Part shown: positions 38,945 through 48,501 of the stretch, one piece after another
Position numbering within the stretch: the stretch's first letter is position 1
Layout: every line of letters starts with the position of its first letter
DNA from: Myxococcales bacterium
GTDB taxonomy: Bacteria; Myxococcota_A; Polyangia; Polyangiales; DASUME01
Length of the DNA: 64,000 nt
Direction: 5' to 3'
Assembly (NCBI GenBank): GCA_047601445.1
Contig: JASGJH010000001.1
Location: forward strand, 6,208,001-6,272,000
The notes under the pieces: generated by a model
What the model saw: only the letters and a program-made list of their open reading frames with translations
Told to the model about the DNA's origin: nothing
Database searches by the model: none
Program-made: the position numbers and the translations under genes

Positions 38945-40036
38945 TCACATCTGGCTGACGACTGCGTCCGGCTCCACGACGGGCGCGACGCAGATGTCAC
39001 ACAGGTCACCAGTGTAGCCCTCGAAGCAGCTGCACACCGGGTTGCCGCCGTCGTCGAGCTTGCACGAGCCGTGCACGCACGGATTGGGGTCGCAGGCATC
39101 GTGGGGAGGCGGCACGCAAGCATCTACGTCGCCATCGCCATCGCCGTCACCATCGCCGTCGCCGTCGCCGTCACCATCACCGTCGCCGTCGCCGTCACCA
39201 TCACCGTCGCCGTCGCCATCACCGTCACCATCGCCATCGCCGGCGTCTACGCCAGCATCGGGCACGGTGGACGGGCAGCCGAGCGCGGTGATCAGGTTGT
39301 CGTTGACGCTGTTGGCCGTGGTAGAGAACGCACGACCTTCGATCGTCGTATCCTCGTTCGAGGAGAAGGCGGTGCCGGCAAAGATGTTGCCGATGAAGCT
39401 CACGTCGCTGTTGAGCGAGAACGCCGTTTCCGAGCGCCAGAACACATTGCAGCCGCGAGTGTCGGTCGCCGGCGCGTTGGTGCGCACCACGCTCGAGCCC
39501 ATTTGAGCCGTGAACGACGTGCCGATCAGGAACACGAAGACCGCGTTGGCGTCGCCCTGTGCGTCCAGCGTCACGACACCGTTCGTGCTCAGCGAAGCCG
39601 GACCCGTGAAGCAATGCACGCCCGGCGTGAAGGTGCGTCCCGCGAGATCCACGTTGCCGGGACCTTCCGTCGTGTCGCACGTCTGCCCGGCCAGGTTGGC
39701 GCTGGCCGCGACCGAGGCGGCGAAGGCGCTGTCGTAGGCCGCAGTGCCCTCTTCGATGGTTCCACTCAGGTGCCCGGCGTACCCGTTGACGTTTTGGTCG
39801 CCGCCCACGTTGCCGGTGACCTGCGTCGTGGACATCGACGGGTTGTTGTTGGCAACCGTGCCCGCCAGGACACCAAAGGCCGAAGAATCGCCCAGGTTGG
39901 GCGCGGTTGCGGCCCACGCCCCTGAGCCCACCTCTTTCTTCGGCGTGTTCGCGTCGCTATCGCTAGTGCAGCCAATGAACATGAGCGGCACGAGCGCGCT
40001 CGACACAACTTTCATTCGGATCCCCATCGTCATCAT
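38945..40036 (-). CDS. DUF3494 (ice-binding-like) lipoprotein with (GD)n linker and EGF-like domain
   Basis: FGVLAG, DLAGRTFTPGVHCF, TLDAQGDANAVFVF, CNVFW, FIGNIFA, IEGR; EGF CDPNPCVHGSC..CSCFEGYTGDLC; lipobox FIGC. Confidence 0.85.
   Translation of the reverse strand: MMTMGIRMKVVSSALVPLMFIGCTSDSDANTPKKEVGSGAWAATAPNLGDSSAFGVLAGTVANNNPSMSTTQVTGNVGGDQNVNGYAGHLSGTIEEGTAAYDSAFAASVAASANLAGQTCDTTEGPGNVDLAGRTFTPGVHCFTGPASLSTNGVVTLDAQGDANAVFVFLIGTSFTAQMGSSVVRTNAPATDTRGCNVFWRSETAFSLNSDVSFIGNIFAGTAFSSNEDTTIEGRAFSTTANSVNDNLITALGCPSTVPDAGVDAGDGDGDGDGDGDGDGDGDGDGDGDGDGDGDGDGDGDGDVDACVPPPHDACDPNPCVHGSCKLDDGGNPVCSCFEGYTGDLCDICVAPVVEPDAVVSQM
39128..39241 (-). repeat. Gly-Asp dipeptide repeat, about 19 copies
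   Basis: Hexamer GGYGAY repeat inside the CDS. Confidence 0.9.
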
Positions 40037-40060
40037 CCCCCTTGTATTTCGAGGGGCATG

Positions 40061-40076
40061 AGCAGGAGTCATGCCT
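40061..40076 (-). promoter_or_regulatory. Sigma54-like promoter of the DUF3494 gene
   Basis: AGGCATGACTCCTGCT, GG-N10-GC spacing, about 25 bp upstream of the start. Confidence 0.5.
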
Positions 40077-40351
40077 GCGCGCACGGCCTCGCACAAAGGC
40101 ACCCACGCGATCCGAGTGCTCCAAAAATGCCTCCCTTGTGAAACCAAACGACATCTCTCCAACCCCTGTCCCCGAAGGAGCAACGGGCGCCGAGCGCGCC
40201 CTGCGTGCGCGACCTTACGTGGGTGCCCGCGAGCTTGCTCCCGACGCAGCGAAGTGACGTACGCCACCTTGCTCCGCGATGGCTACTCCTGTGGCTCTCC
40301 TGGCGACAAGGGTGACCAGCGAGGCGCAGCGCCTCACCTCTGGGCGGCTTT

Positions 40352-41770
40352 TCAAGGAGCTGACGCTGCACAAAGTGGCTGCGAGCTCGGATAGGGAAGG
40401 TGAGCTTGCGGATCCGTCGCCGCGTCGATGACTCCTTCCGGCACCGCGGCGTCGCAGCGCAGGGCGTCGAGCAGGTCCGCCAACATCGGATGCGGTTCGC
40501 GCGTGTCCTGATAGTCCGCGAGGTCGTTCGGGTCGCTCCAGGTGCGGCGCGTGTAGCCGCGCGGGAAGGGCGCGGTCTTCATGTGAGGGCTGGCCATGGC
40601 CTCGACGATCGTGCGGTCTGCCAGACGTTGCTGCAGGTCCCACAGCATCGCCGCGACTTCGTTCTCGTCCATCGGCTGCATCAGTCCGGCGGCGGCGTTC
40701 GGGCGCTGCCAGGTCGGTAGCTCCGCGGGATAGCTGCGCATCGCGAGGTCGAACACCACGAGCGCGCCGTTCTGCTTGTCGTAGTAGCGCGAGTCCTTTC
40801 GCATCCACGCGCTGAAGAAGGTGGCCCAGCCCTCGCCGAAGGCCTGGCCGGGTTGCGTGGGTTTGCCGAAGAAATGCGAGCCCGACTCGCGCTGCGGCGC
40901 GGCCAACATGTTCATTGCCACGTGCCCGAGCTCGTGGAACGTCAGTGCGTCCGACCAGTACCGCTCCTGGCTCGAGCCGTCGAGCCAAACGCGATGGGTG
41001 ATCGCTTGACCGAGCAACTCCACGGAATCGCGCACGGTGCACGTTCCGCAGGAGAATCGAGACCCCACACCGAGCCAGACCAACAGGGGCTCGAAGGCTC
41101 GCTCGCCGAGCGTGGGTTGCAACTGGTCACGCACGCGGCGTGCGGCATCGAACACGTGCAGCGCGGCCGAGCCGTCCGCCAGATTGATCGTCAGGTCGGG
41201 TCCTTGCTCGAGGCTCGAGAGCGGGAAGCTCCAGCTCCACAGCTGTGCGCGCGGCATCGCTTCTGAAAGATCGTGGGGATTCTCTCGCGGGAGAAAGCCC
41301 GGATCGGCCACCCCGAACGACAGCTGGCCGTCTTCGTTGTAGCTCGCAGCTTGCACCACGATGAAGGTGTCGTCCGAGGCGTCGATCGGAACCTCTAGCT
41401 CGAACTCTCCCGCTCCGGCGGAACTCGTCGCGCTCGTCGTCTCCGCCAGCAGTTGTCGACCGCGGACGGCCCGCACATTCACGCCGAGCGCGGGGAGAAG
41501 CAAGCTGTCCGTCGTCCAGTCCGTCAGCTCCTGGTTCAGCGTGCGCAGCTCGTACAGCAGGCGTCCGCGCAGGAGCTGGGTCGATTGCGCGGGCAGTCCG
41601 GCGTCGCCGCCCCCATCGTGCGCGTCGGCGTCATTTCCTGTGTCCCCGGTTTCGGCGTCATGGGTCCCGTCGGGGACCGTCTCGACGTCCGAGTGCAGCT
41701 CACTCCCGCAGGCGGAGGGAAAGCCGGCAACGAGCAGGGCGCCTACCCATGCGAGAAGGCGCCCGCTCAT
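40352..41770 (-). CDS. Lipoprotein zinc metallopeptidase (gluzincin-like)
   Basis: PSAC lipobox; HELGH plus downstream AFGEGWATFF. Confidence 0.72.
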   Translation of the reverse strand: MSGRLLAWVGALLVAGFPSACGSELHSDVETVPDGTHDAETGDTGNDADAHDGGGDAGLPAQSTQLLRGRLLYELRTLNQELTDWTTDSLLLPALGVNVRAVRGRQLLAETTSATSSAGAGEFELEVPIDASDDTFIVVQAASYNEDGQLSFGVADPGFLPRENPHDLSEAMPRAQLWSWSFPLSSLEQGPDLTINLADGSAALHVFDAARRVRDQLQPTLGERAFEPLLVWLGVGSRFSCGTCTVRDSVELLGQAITHRVWLDGSSQERYWSDALTFHELGHVAMNMLAAPQRESGSHFFGKPTQPGQAFGEGWATFFSAWMRKDSRYYDKQNGALVVFDLAMRSYPAELPTWQRPNAAAGLMQPMDENEVAAMLWDLQQRLADRTIVEAMASPHMKTAPFPRGYTRRTWSDPNDLADYQDTREPHPMLADLLDALRCDAAVPEGVIDAATDPQAHLPYPSSQPLCAASAP

Positions 41771-41804
41771 GCCGTGTGCTCGCTCCCACGGGGCAGCATC
41801 GGCA

Positions 41805-44800
41805 TCAGGGAATGGTGCGCTCGACGCTGTTCAACACCGCGCTGCCGCTGTGTCCGCCCAGCGTGAATACCCCGCCGTTGATGCGCTGCGAGGTGTAGTA
41901 CGTGCGCGCCGTCTCGAACCCTGTGCTGCTGGACTGGAACCCACCCGTGTACAGCGACTGATCGTTGCCCGGTGGAGTCTCATCGAAGGGCCAGCGACCG
42001 GAGGTGGACGAGCGGGCAGCGATCACGCCGCTCGTGTTCGGGGTACCTGCCACGCTGCGATTTTCGTCCTGCACACCCGGAAAGGGGAACAGGTAGTCGA
42101 AGTACAGCACCGCATCGTGTCCCAGGGTTCCAGACCCATTGTTCAAATGGTTGTCCTGGAGCTCCCAGCCCACGATGTCGCCGTGCGTAGAGCCGTCCAG
42201 GGTCGACACGCCCGTGACTTCGAAGGTGTTGGTGCCGTCGTTGCTCCCCGAGTTGTAGGTGTCGTCGCCCGCAACCGCGATAAGCAACACGATCTGATTG
42301 GGGTCGTAGGACGAGAGGTCCTGGCTGGCGTCCACCGTGCCCGCGAAGAGGACGATGGCGCAGCTGCAGTCGCTGCCGCTGCAGTCCTGGTCGACGCCGT
42401 CGTCGCACAGCTCGGGGGTGGCCTCGCAGCTCTCGGGCAAGCCGCAGGCGATCATCGCGTTGCCGTCGTCGCAGTCGCAACCGCCGCACGACACCGAGAG
42501 CTTGCCGTCGTTGTCGCCGTCGACGCAGCCGCCGCAAGCAGCGTCTCCGCCTTGGCAGTCCTGGTCCACGCCGTCGCCGCACACGTCGACCGCGCCGCAA
42601 TGGATGGTCGGGTTGTTGTCGTCGCAATCGCAGCCGCCGCATTCTGCGGGCTGCGCGCCGTCGCCGTCGACGTCGCGCGGGCAGGTGGGAGGAGCGTCGC
42701 AGCTCGGATCCTGACCGTCGCAATCCTGGTCGATGCCGTCGCCGCAGCGGTCGACCGCGTCCGGGTGGATGGTGACGTCGTTGTCGTTGCAGTCGTCGCC
42801 GCCGCAACGGGCCGGCAGGTAGCCGTCACCGTCGTTCTCCTCGCAGGGCGGTTCCTCGGGTTGCGGCGCGCGCACGTCGTCACGCTGACCGATGTTGGTG
42901 AGCAGCGGGAAGAAGGCACGCTTTTGCTTCATGGCGTGGGTGGTGCCCGCGTTCACGAAGCCCGCTTGGTCGAGGTCGCCCGTGGCGCCGTCGACGGCGA
43001 TACGCAGCACGCCGCTCAGGTACACGTCGGCCTTGTCCACGGTGGTCGCGCTACGTCCGCCGGCCGCATAGATGTACGTGGTGAGGCCCACCACGGTCGG
43101 GGTGCCGGAACGATCCACGCGAGGGAGCGTGGCCGCGACCGCATCGAGGCCTTCACGCGCTTCGGGCATGGCCTGGGGCAGCGTCTGGAAGCGACTCAAG
43201 CTGCCCGGCGTGAGCGCGCGGATGCCATCGGGCGCAGGATTGGCTGCATCGGGCGTCTGCGTGCCGTCGTCGATCCACTGGTTGTCAGTGAGTCCCGTCG
43301 CGATGCGGAAGGTGGCTTCGTTGCCCTGCGGTGCGCCCGCGAAGGCCGTCTTGGTGCGATAAAGCGTATAGGTGGCGCCCACCACGGGATCCCAGCGCAA
43401 CGCCACATGAGAGGTCCCGACGTCATCGATGGACACGAACGCGCGGTAGCCCGCAGCCGTCTCCACGCCATCGATGGTGGCCGTCACACGGTACAGGTAG
43501 TGGCCCACGGCGAGTCCTGCGCCCGCGGCGCCCGTGTCCGCAGCCGTCTTGGCGATGCCGCGCAAGCGCCCAGGCGCGAAGCGGAAGCCGCCCTTGCCGT
43601 CGTCGACGGCGCAGCGCACGCCGCCGTTTTCCATGCTCCCCACGATCTCGGTCATGGCCAACCGCGTGGTGCCCGCGCGGCCGTCGGAGGCCGGCGAACG
43701 ATAGAGGTTGTAGCTCGTGGCACCTTCCACGCCGCTCCAGCACACGCGCACGCTGCCGCTGGTCTGGAGCAGTTGGATCTCGCGGCTCGGCAAGGACTCG
43801 CCCCACGCGCCCAGGGCGCTCACGCGGTAGTACCAGTTGCCGAGCGGAAGCCCGCTGCCACCCAGGGCCTGAGGCGTGAAGATGGCCGGCTGTTCCTTGA
43901 AGTCGAGGATCTTGGCGCGCTCGACGCTGGCCAAGAGCGCCGCGTCGCTCGGGGTTGCCACGTGCGTGTTGGCCGAGGCACCGCCCAGGGCGTACAGATA
44001 GCGACCCACGCGCACCATGCTGTGACCCGCGCGTGCGGTGACGTAGTTGTTGGACACGCGGGGCTGGGCCGCCGAACCCCACTGCTGCAGCACGCTGCCT
44101 GCCGAGTTCAGACCCAGACCACTGACCTCCACGGCCTCGAGGTTGCCGAGCACGTTGCCGCTCGCGTCGATGCCGCCGCCCACGTAGATGTAGCCGCGCG
44201 AGGCCGCGTCGAAGCCCACCGCCGAGGCCAGGCGATAGCGCCCGACCGCGAGGTTCACGCCTGTGTTCGCGAAGCCATCGAGCTTGGCCTCCGAGGAAGC
44301 GCTCACGGAGTAGGCGAAGTACACGTCGAACTGGCCGTCCGGGTTGGTTACGCGCAGCGGATACTGCGAACCGATCGCGAGCCCCAGCGTGCTACCGCTG
44401 ATCGTCACCTTGATCTGCGTGTCGTCCGTACGGCTGGTGACCGGCAGGGGCTTCAACACGCCATTCACGTCGAGCGCTGCCACGGCGGTGGCCGCGAAGT
44501 GCTTGCCCGTGATGGTGACCGCCACGCTCGCCGCCTGGGCGCCGCGGAAGGGATCCACGTTGGTGATCTGTGGCGGCGGATCCGCGACGATGTGGAACGG
44601 ATTGGACCAGGTGCCGCGCAGGCCGTCGGGATTGATCACGATTACGTCGTAGTCACCCAGTGCCATGCCCAGGCTCTCGGAGGGGACCACCACGGTGATC
44701 TGACCTGCCGATACGAACGACACCTGCTCGCCCAAGAAACGCTGCTTGGCATCGCCTCGCTTCACGAACAGCACGCTCGGCGCGTCCTGAAAGCCGCTGC

Positions 44801-45377
44801 CCGTGATCACCACGGTGCGGTCGCTCAGCACGCCATCTCCCACCACGCCCACGTGGGCGCTGTCCGGCGTCACGCTGCTCACCGACGGCGGCGCGAGCGG
44901 GCTCACACCCAGCGTTCCGCACGGAGAGGCCACGCCGCCGCTCGTAAGATCCACAGCGTACAGGCCGGCGGGCAGTGCAGACGCGTGGAGCGTAAACACG
45001 GCCGCAGCGTCGCCCTGGACTTCGTCGGCCGGAAGGCTCAGGTCAGCCGACGCGCTGTCGAGGGCGCGCAGCACCAGGCTGGCATCGGCGCCAATCAAGC
45101 GGCCGTTCACTTGCAGGCTATTGTCGACCAGGGTCGAGACGGCGATCGCATCCATGCCGAGGCAGGCGAACCCGAGCGTGTTGCCACCGTCGCCGCCATC
45201 GGCGTCGCCGTCACCATCACCCGTCGTGCCGCCGTCCCCGTCACCGGGACCGACCGACCCGTCGGGCATGGCCGCGTCCGAATCGTCGTCGACGCGACCT
45301 CCACTCTTGTCCGACCCGCCACACGCGATGCCCACGCATAGCAGCAACGTCCATAGCCGTTTGCGCACGCCCCACAC
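41805..45377 (-). CDS. 1190-aa surface lipoprotein: IPT/TIG domains, kelch repeats, FnIII-like pair, MopE-type Cys/Asp repeats
   Basis: GIAC lipobox; PSVSSVTP..ITGSGF..VINPDG; YLYALGG, YIYAAGG; DCDDNNPTIH.GAVDVCGDGVDQDC-type unit x3. Confidence 0.8.
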   Translation of the reverse strand: MWGVRKRLWTLLLCVGIACGGSDKSGGRVDDDSDAAMPDGSVGPGDGDGGTTGDGDGDADGGDGGNTLGFACLGMDAIAVSTLVDNSLQVNGRLIGADASLVLRALDSASADLSLPADEVQGDAAAVFTLHASALPAGLYAVDLTSGGVASPCGTLGVSPLAPPSVSSVTPDSAHVGVVGDGVLSDRTVVITGSGFQDAPSVLFVKRGDAKQRFLGEQVSFVSAGQITVVVPSESLGMALGDYDVIVINPDGLRGTWSNPFHIVADPPPQITNVDPFRGAQAASVAVTITGKHFAATAVAALDVNGVLKPLPVTSRTDDTQIKVTISGSTLGLAIGSQYPLRVTNPDGQFDVYFAYSVSASSEAKLDGFANTGVNLAVGRYRLASAVGFDAASRGYIYVGGGIDASGNVLGNLEAVEVSGLGLNSAGSVLQQWGSAAQPRVSNNYVTARAGHSMVRVGRYLYALGGASANTHVATPSDAALLASVERAKILDFKEQPAIFTPQALGGSGLPLGNWYYRVSALGAWGESLPSREIQLLQTSGSVRVCWSGVEGATSYNLYRSPASDGRAGTTRLAMTEIVGSMENGGVRCAVDDGKGGFRFAPGRLRGIAKTAADTGAAGAGLAVGHYLYRVTATIDGVETAAGYRAFVSIDDVGTSHVALRWDPVVGATYTLYRTKTAFAGAPQGNEATFRIATGLTDNQWIDDGTQTPDAANPAPDGIRALTPGSLSRFQTLPQAMPEAREGLDAVAATLPRVDRSGTPTVVGLTTYIYAAGGRSATTVDKADVYLSGVLRIAVDGATGDLDQAGFVNAGTTHAMKQKRAFFPLLTNIGQRDDVRAPQPEEPPCEENDGDGYLPARCGGDDCNDNDVTIHPDAVDRCGDGIDQDCDGQDPSCDAPPTCPRDVDGDGAQPAECGGCDCDDNNPTIHCGAVDVCGDGVDQDCQGGDAACGGCVDGDNDGKLSVSCGGCDCDDGNAMIACGLPESCEATPELCDDGVDQDCSGSDCSCAIVLFAGTVDASQDLSSYDPNQIVLLIAVAGDDTYNSGSNDGTNTFEVTGVSTLDGSTHGDIVGWELQDNHLNNGSGTLGHDAVLYFDYLFPFPGVQDENRSVAGTPNTSGVIAARSSTSGRWPFDETPPGNDQSLYTGGFQSSSTGFETARTYYTSQRINGGVFTLGGHSGSAVLNSVERTIP

Positions 45378-45485
45378 TCCTTGCTCGAACCTGGTAGCGT
45401 TTTGAGGAGAGAGCGGGCCAGGAGGTTGAATAGGTTCAATTCTGGTGACGACGTTTTGTGGGTGTACGTGGCCGCGAGGCTTCGC

Positions 45486-46958
45486 TCAGTGCGCGATCTC
45501 GAATACACCACGCAGGTCTTCCGTGGCCGAGATGTAGGTGCGATTGCCCTTCATTTCTCGCCAGGATTTGACCCGGAACTGATAGACCATGCCGGGCTGA
45601 TAGCTCGAAGCGTCCAGTTCGAAGCTCACCGTGCTGGTCCCCGTGACACGGGCCACGTCGGTCTTCTCGAACACCTGGTTGCCCAGGGCGTCGTACACAC
45701 GCAGCTCGTAGCCGTCTTCGCTCGAGTCGTCGGCCCAACGCAGGTTGATCTTGCCGGCGGGAACGCTCTCCACCTTGTCGGCACCGGGGCCGACGACGGC
45801 GAGCGCTCCGGTGACCTTGAACCCCTGATCGACGTTCACATCCGTGCTGCCCACGTCGACGAACGCGATGTCCGTGCCCGCAATCGCCTCATCCGGATCG
45901 CGTACCAGGGAGTCATTCTCGAAGGCCGCGAGCACGGCGTAGCGACCCGGCGGCACGCCCTTGATCTCGAAGGCCGACGAGACGTTCCCTGCGCGCAGGC
46001 CCGCCGGCGCTTCCCCTCGTGCTGCGTCCGCGTCGAACGTGGAAGCCACCACCAGGATCACGCTGGTGGTTCCACCGCCCGCAGCGTCCACGATATTGAT
46101 GTTGCCGCGCACCGTGGCGAGCGTGCCCGTGGTGCCCTGGAGTTCCACGTCGGTCAGACCCGTTGCGGGCACCGTCACGGCCTTGGGCATCACGCGGATG
46201 TTCGCTCGATAACCTTCCAGGGAGCTCGCGCCCACGGGGACGTTGAAGAGCGTGAATGCGCCGTCGAGGTCGGTGATGGCACTCGATCTCACTTGATCGC
46301 CTGCCTGGGCCAGCACCAGGACCGCGCCTGGGTCCTCGGCCACCACATGGCCCGTGACGGTGGTCCCGCCGCGCTGCGCCTCGGAGAGCGGAATCAAGGC
46401 CACTTCGGTAGCGGCGTTGCTGACCACCCAGCGCACCTGATCGGAGATGCCCGCGTTCGTCGATGGGCTTCCAGCGTCTCCGACGGGCTCTGCCTGTGCG
46501 GTCTCGATCTCGATCGCCAGGGCGAGCCGAGGCGGTGTCGGGAAGGCCTGATGGTCCGCGGCCGCCACGCGTAGCGTGATGTGGTCCGTGGTCGGGGAGC
46601 CGTCTGGATTGCGCTTCACCGATACTGGAAGCTCGTAGGCGCCGTCCACACTGCTCACGGACACACGCGTGCGGGCTGCACCATTGGCGTCGAGGCCCAC
46701 CACCGTTGCGCCCACGATGCCGGCCTGGTTCAAGGCCTCGATCACATGCCCGCGCACGACCACGGGCGGCAAGCACAGGTGTTGTTCGCCGACTTCTTCA
46801 CACAGCAGGCCTTGCTCGCAAGCATCCGCCATGGCGGGGTCGCACATGACCGGACCGGCTTCTTCGGCCGCCGGCTTGTCGGACTCTTTCCCACAACCAC
46901 TTCCCAGAGCCAACCAGGAGCCAGCCAAGCACGGAACGAGCAATCTTCGGTATGTCAT
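45486..46958 (-). CDS. Lipoprotein with carboxypeptidase-regulatory-like beta-sandwich domains and a C-terminal FnIII-like domain
   Basis: GSGC lipobox; GHV..GIVGATV, TDLDGAFTLFNVP, FEIKGVPPGRY, WADDSSEDGY. Confidence 0.72.
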   Translation of the reverse strand: MTYRRLLVPCLAGSWLALGSGCGKESDKPAAEEAGPVMCDPAMADACEQGLLCEEVGEQHLCLPPVVVRGHVIEALNQAGIVGATVVGLDANGAARTRVSVSSVDGAYELPVSVKRNPDGSPTTDHITLRVAAADHQAFPTPPRLALAIEIETAQAEPVGDAGSPSTNAGISDQVRWVVSNAATEVALIPLSEAQRGGTTVTGHVVAEDPGAVLVLAQAGDQVRSSAITDLDGAFTLFNVPVGASSLEGYRANIRVMPKAVTVPATGLTDVELQGTTGTLATVRGNINIVDAAGGGTTSVILVVASTFDADAARGEAPAGLRAGNVSSAFEIKGVPPGRYAVLAAFENDSLVRDPDEAIAGTDIAFVDVGSTDVNVDQGFKVTGALAVVGPGADKVESVPAGKINLRWADDSSEDGYELRVYDALGNQVFEKTDVARVTGTSTVSFELDASSYQPGMVYQFRVKSWREMKGNRTYISATEDLRGVFEIAH

Positions 46959-47046
46959 CCGCCCTTAGTGGAGAGATCGGCGGGCGCAGTTGAAGCGATT
47001 GGTCTTGTCGATGCGGAGCGCTCGCGTCTCGACCTCATCAATGTGC

Positions 47047-48105
47047 TCATTGAAGTGTGATGGTCTGGCCAGCGAACGATACGGTGACGGGCCCCTTCGC
47101 GTACTGAGGCGGCAGGTGCAGGGCTCCCACGTGCTGGAAGCTCTCGAGCAGACCCTTCACGGCGCTCTTGAGGCGGCCATAGCCGCGCGCGTAAACATAG
47201 ATGCCGCGGTCGCCCGCGAGTCGCTTGAGCTCGGGCACATCGGCAAACAGGGCTCCCAGCATGATCACGAAGACCTTGCTGTCCGTGATTTCGCTGAGCA
47301 ACTCGGGCTCCATCACCATGGTGGACGCGTTCTCCTGGCCGTCGGTGCTCACCAGCAAGACTTGTATCGGGGGCGTGCGCGGACGCAGGGTGTCGAGGGC
47401 GGCGCCCATGCCGTCGTAGAGTGCAGTGGACTGGCGATTGTAGGTAGGATCCTTGGCGACCGCGGACAGCAGCGCGTTCTCGTCGACCGTGAAGTCCTGC
47501 TTGAGCGAGACCATCTCCGAGAACTGATAGACCTCGCTCTCGTAGATGGGCGGTAAGTAAGTGAAGAGGTCGTGCTCGATCTCGGCCACATCGTCGAGGT
47601 CTGCGTCCCGCATGGAGGCGGAGTAATCGTTCACCACCGCCAGTGAGAGCAGATTGCCCGTCTGCGGGAGCTCGAAGCTGAATTCGCCTTCGACCAGGAT
47701 CTTGGCCGACCCCTCCACCATCACGCTCACCGTGAGCTCGCTCGCGCTGCTCGGATAGATGGCGTTGCCCTGGGCGTCTGCGGCGACGAAGTAGACCGTG
47801 CGAGCGCCGGTGGTGGGTTCCAGGGAGTCGTCGAGCACCGCGATGCGTGATTCGAAGCTCGACTGCGGATCGGGCAAGAACGACTCGACCTTGTTGCGGC
47901 AGTCGTCGCTGAGTCCATCGGCCTTGAGCAGGTCCTGCAAGGTTTCATCGCCGCAGATCTTGATGTTGGTCAGGTCGTCGACATCCGGGAGTTTGTCGAT
48001 GGCGTCGTCGACATCGCCCTTGGCGTCGAGGCTGAGATTGCAGCCCGCGCCCAGCATCGCGAGGCAGGATACGAAACCGAAGGAACGCTTGAGACGAACG
48101 AGCAT
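47047..48105 (-). CDS. VWA domain lipoprotein
   Basis: GAGC lipobox; MIDAS DYSAS..TALYD..STDGQEN. Confidence 0.85.
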   Translation of the reverse strand: MLVRLKRSFGFVSCLAMLGAGCNLSLDAKGDVDDAIDKLPDVDDLTNIKICGDETLQDLLKADGLSDDCRNKVESFLPDPQSSFESRIAVLDDSLEPTTGARTVYFVAADAQGNAIYPSSASELTVSVMVEGSAKILVEGEFSFELPQTGNLLSLAVVNDYSASMRDADLDDVAEIEHDLFTYLPPIYESEVYQFSEMVSLKQDFTVDENALLSAVAKDPTYNRQSTALYDGMGAALDTLRPRTPPIQVLLVSTDGQENASTMVMEPELLSEITDSKVFVIMLGALFADVPELKRLAGDRGIYVYARGYGRLKSAVKGLLESFQHVGALHLPPQYAKGPVTVSFAGQTITLQ

Positions 48106-48501
48106 GAAACCCCCAACGCAGCGCGTGGTCCGCCGCATTCCTGCGACGGATTCCCCCTCACGCGCTTCGACCGTAAGAGTGTCTCCTGGTCGGACCCGCG
48201 GACGCCAGGGCGAGCACGCAGCCGCGCTTTTGACGTGTGCGCGGGTGTACGGCGACGGCCGCTGGAGGCTCCGAACTCCCAACCACAGCCCACTGATTTA
48301 GGGCTCCAAGGACGATTCCTTCAACGAATGGGATGGGCGTCGCCACCGTGTGCAGTTGAAAAGCCGGCGCATGGACATCCGGTCCAATCGCGGCGGTCGG
48401 GGGGGATGGGTCGAGAGCCATGGGAGGTCGTTCCGGGGTGGGCGCGCGTTTTGCGCCCTCCTGTGGCTCTCGGCGTGCGGGACGGAACTTACGGATACGC
48501 C

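Noticed and set aside
41361..45341. 1326-aa plus-strand ORF (also 61427-63739 minus, 25710-27902 plus, 13298-15187 minus, 34259-36091 plus)
   Set aside because: Antisense shadows of well-supported genes; high-GC codon bias removes stops; no motifs.
37917..48105. Integron cassette array
   Set aside because: No recurring attC-like sequence seen between genes and no integrase.
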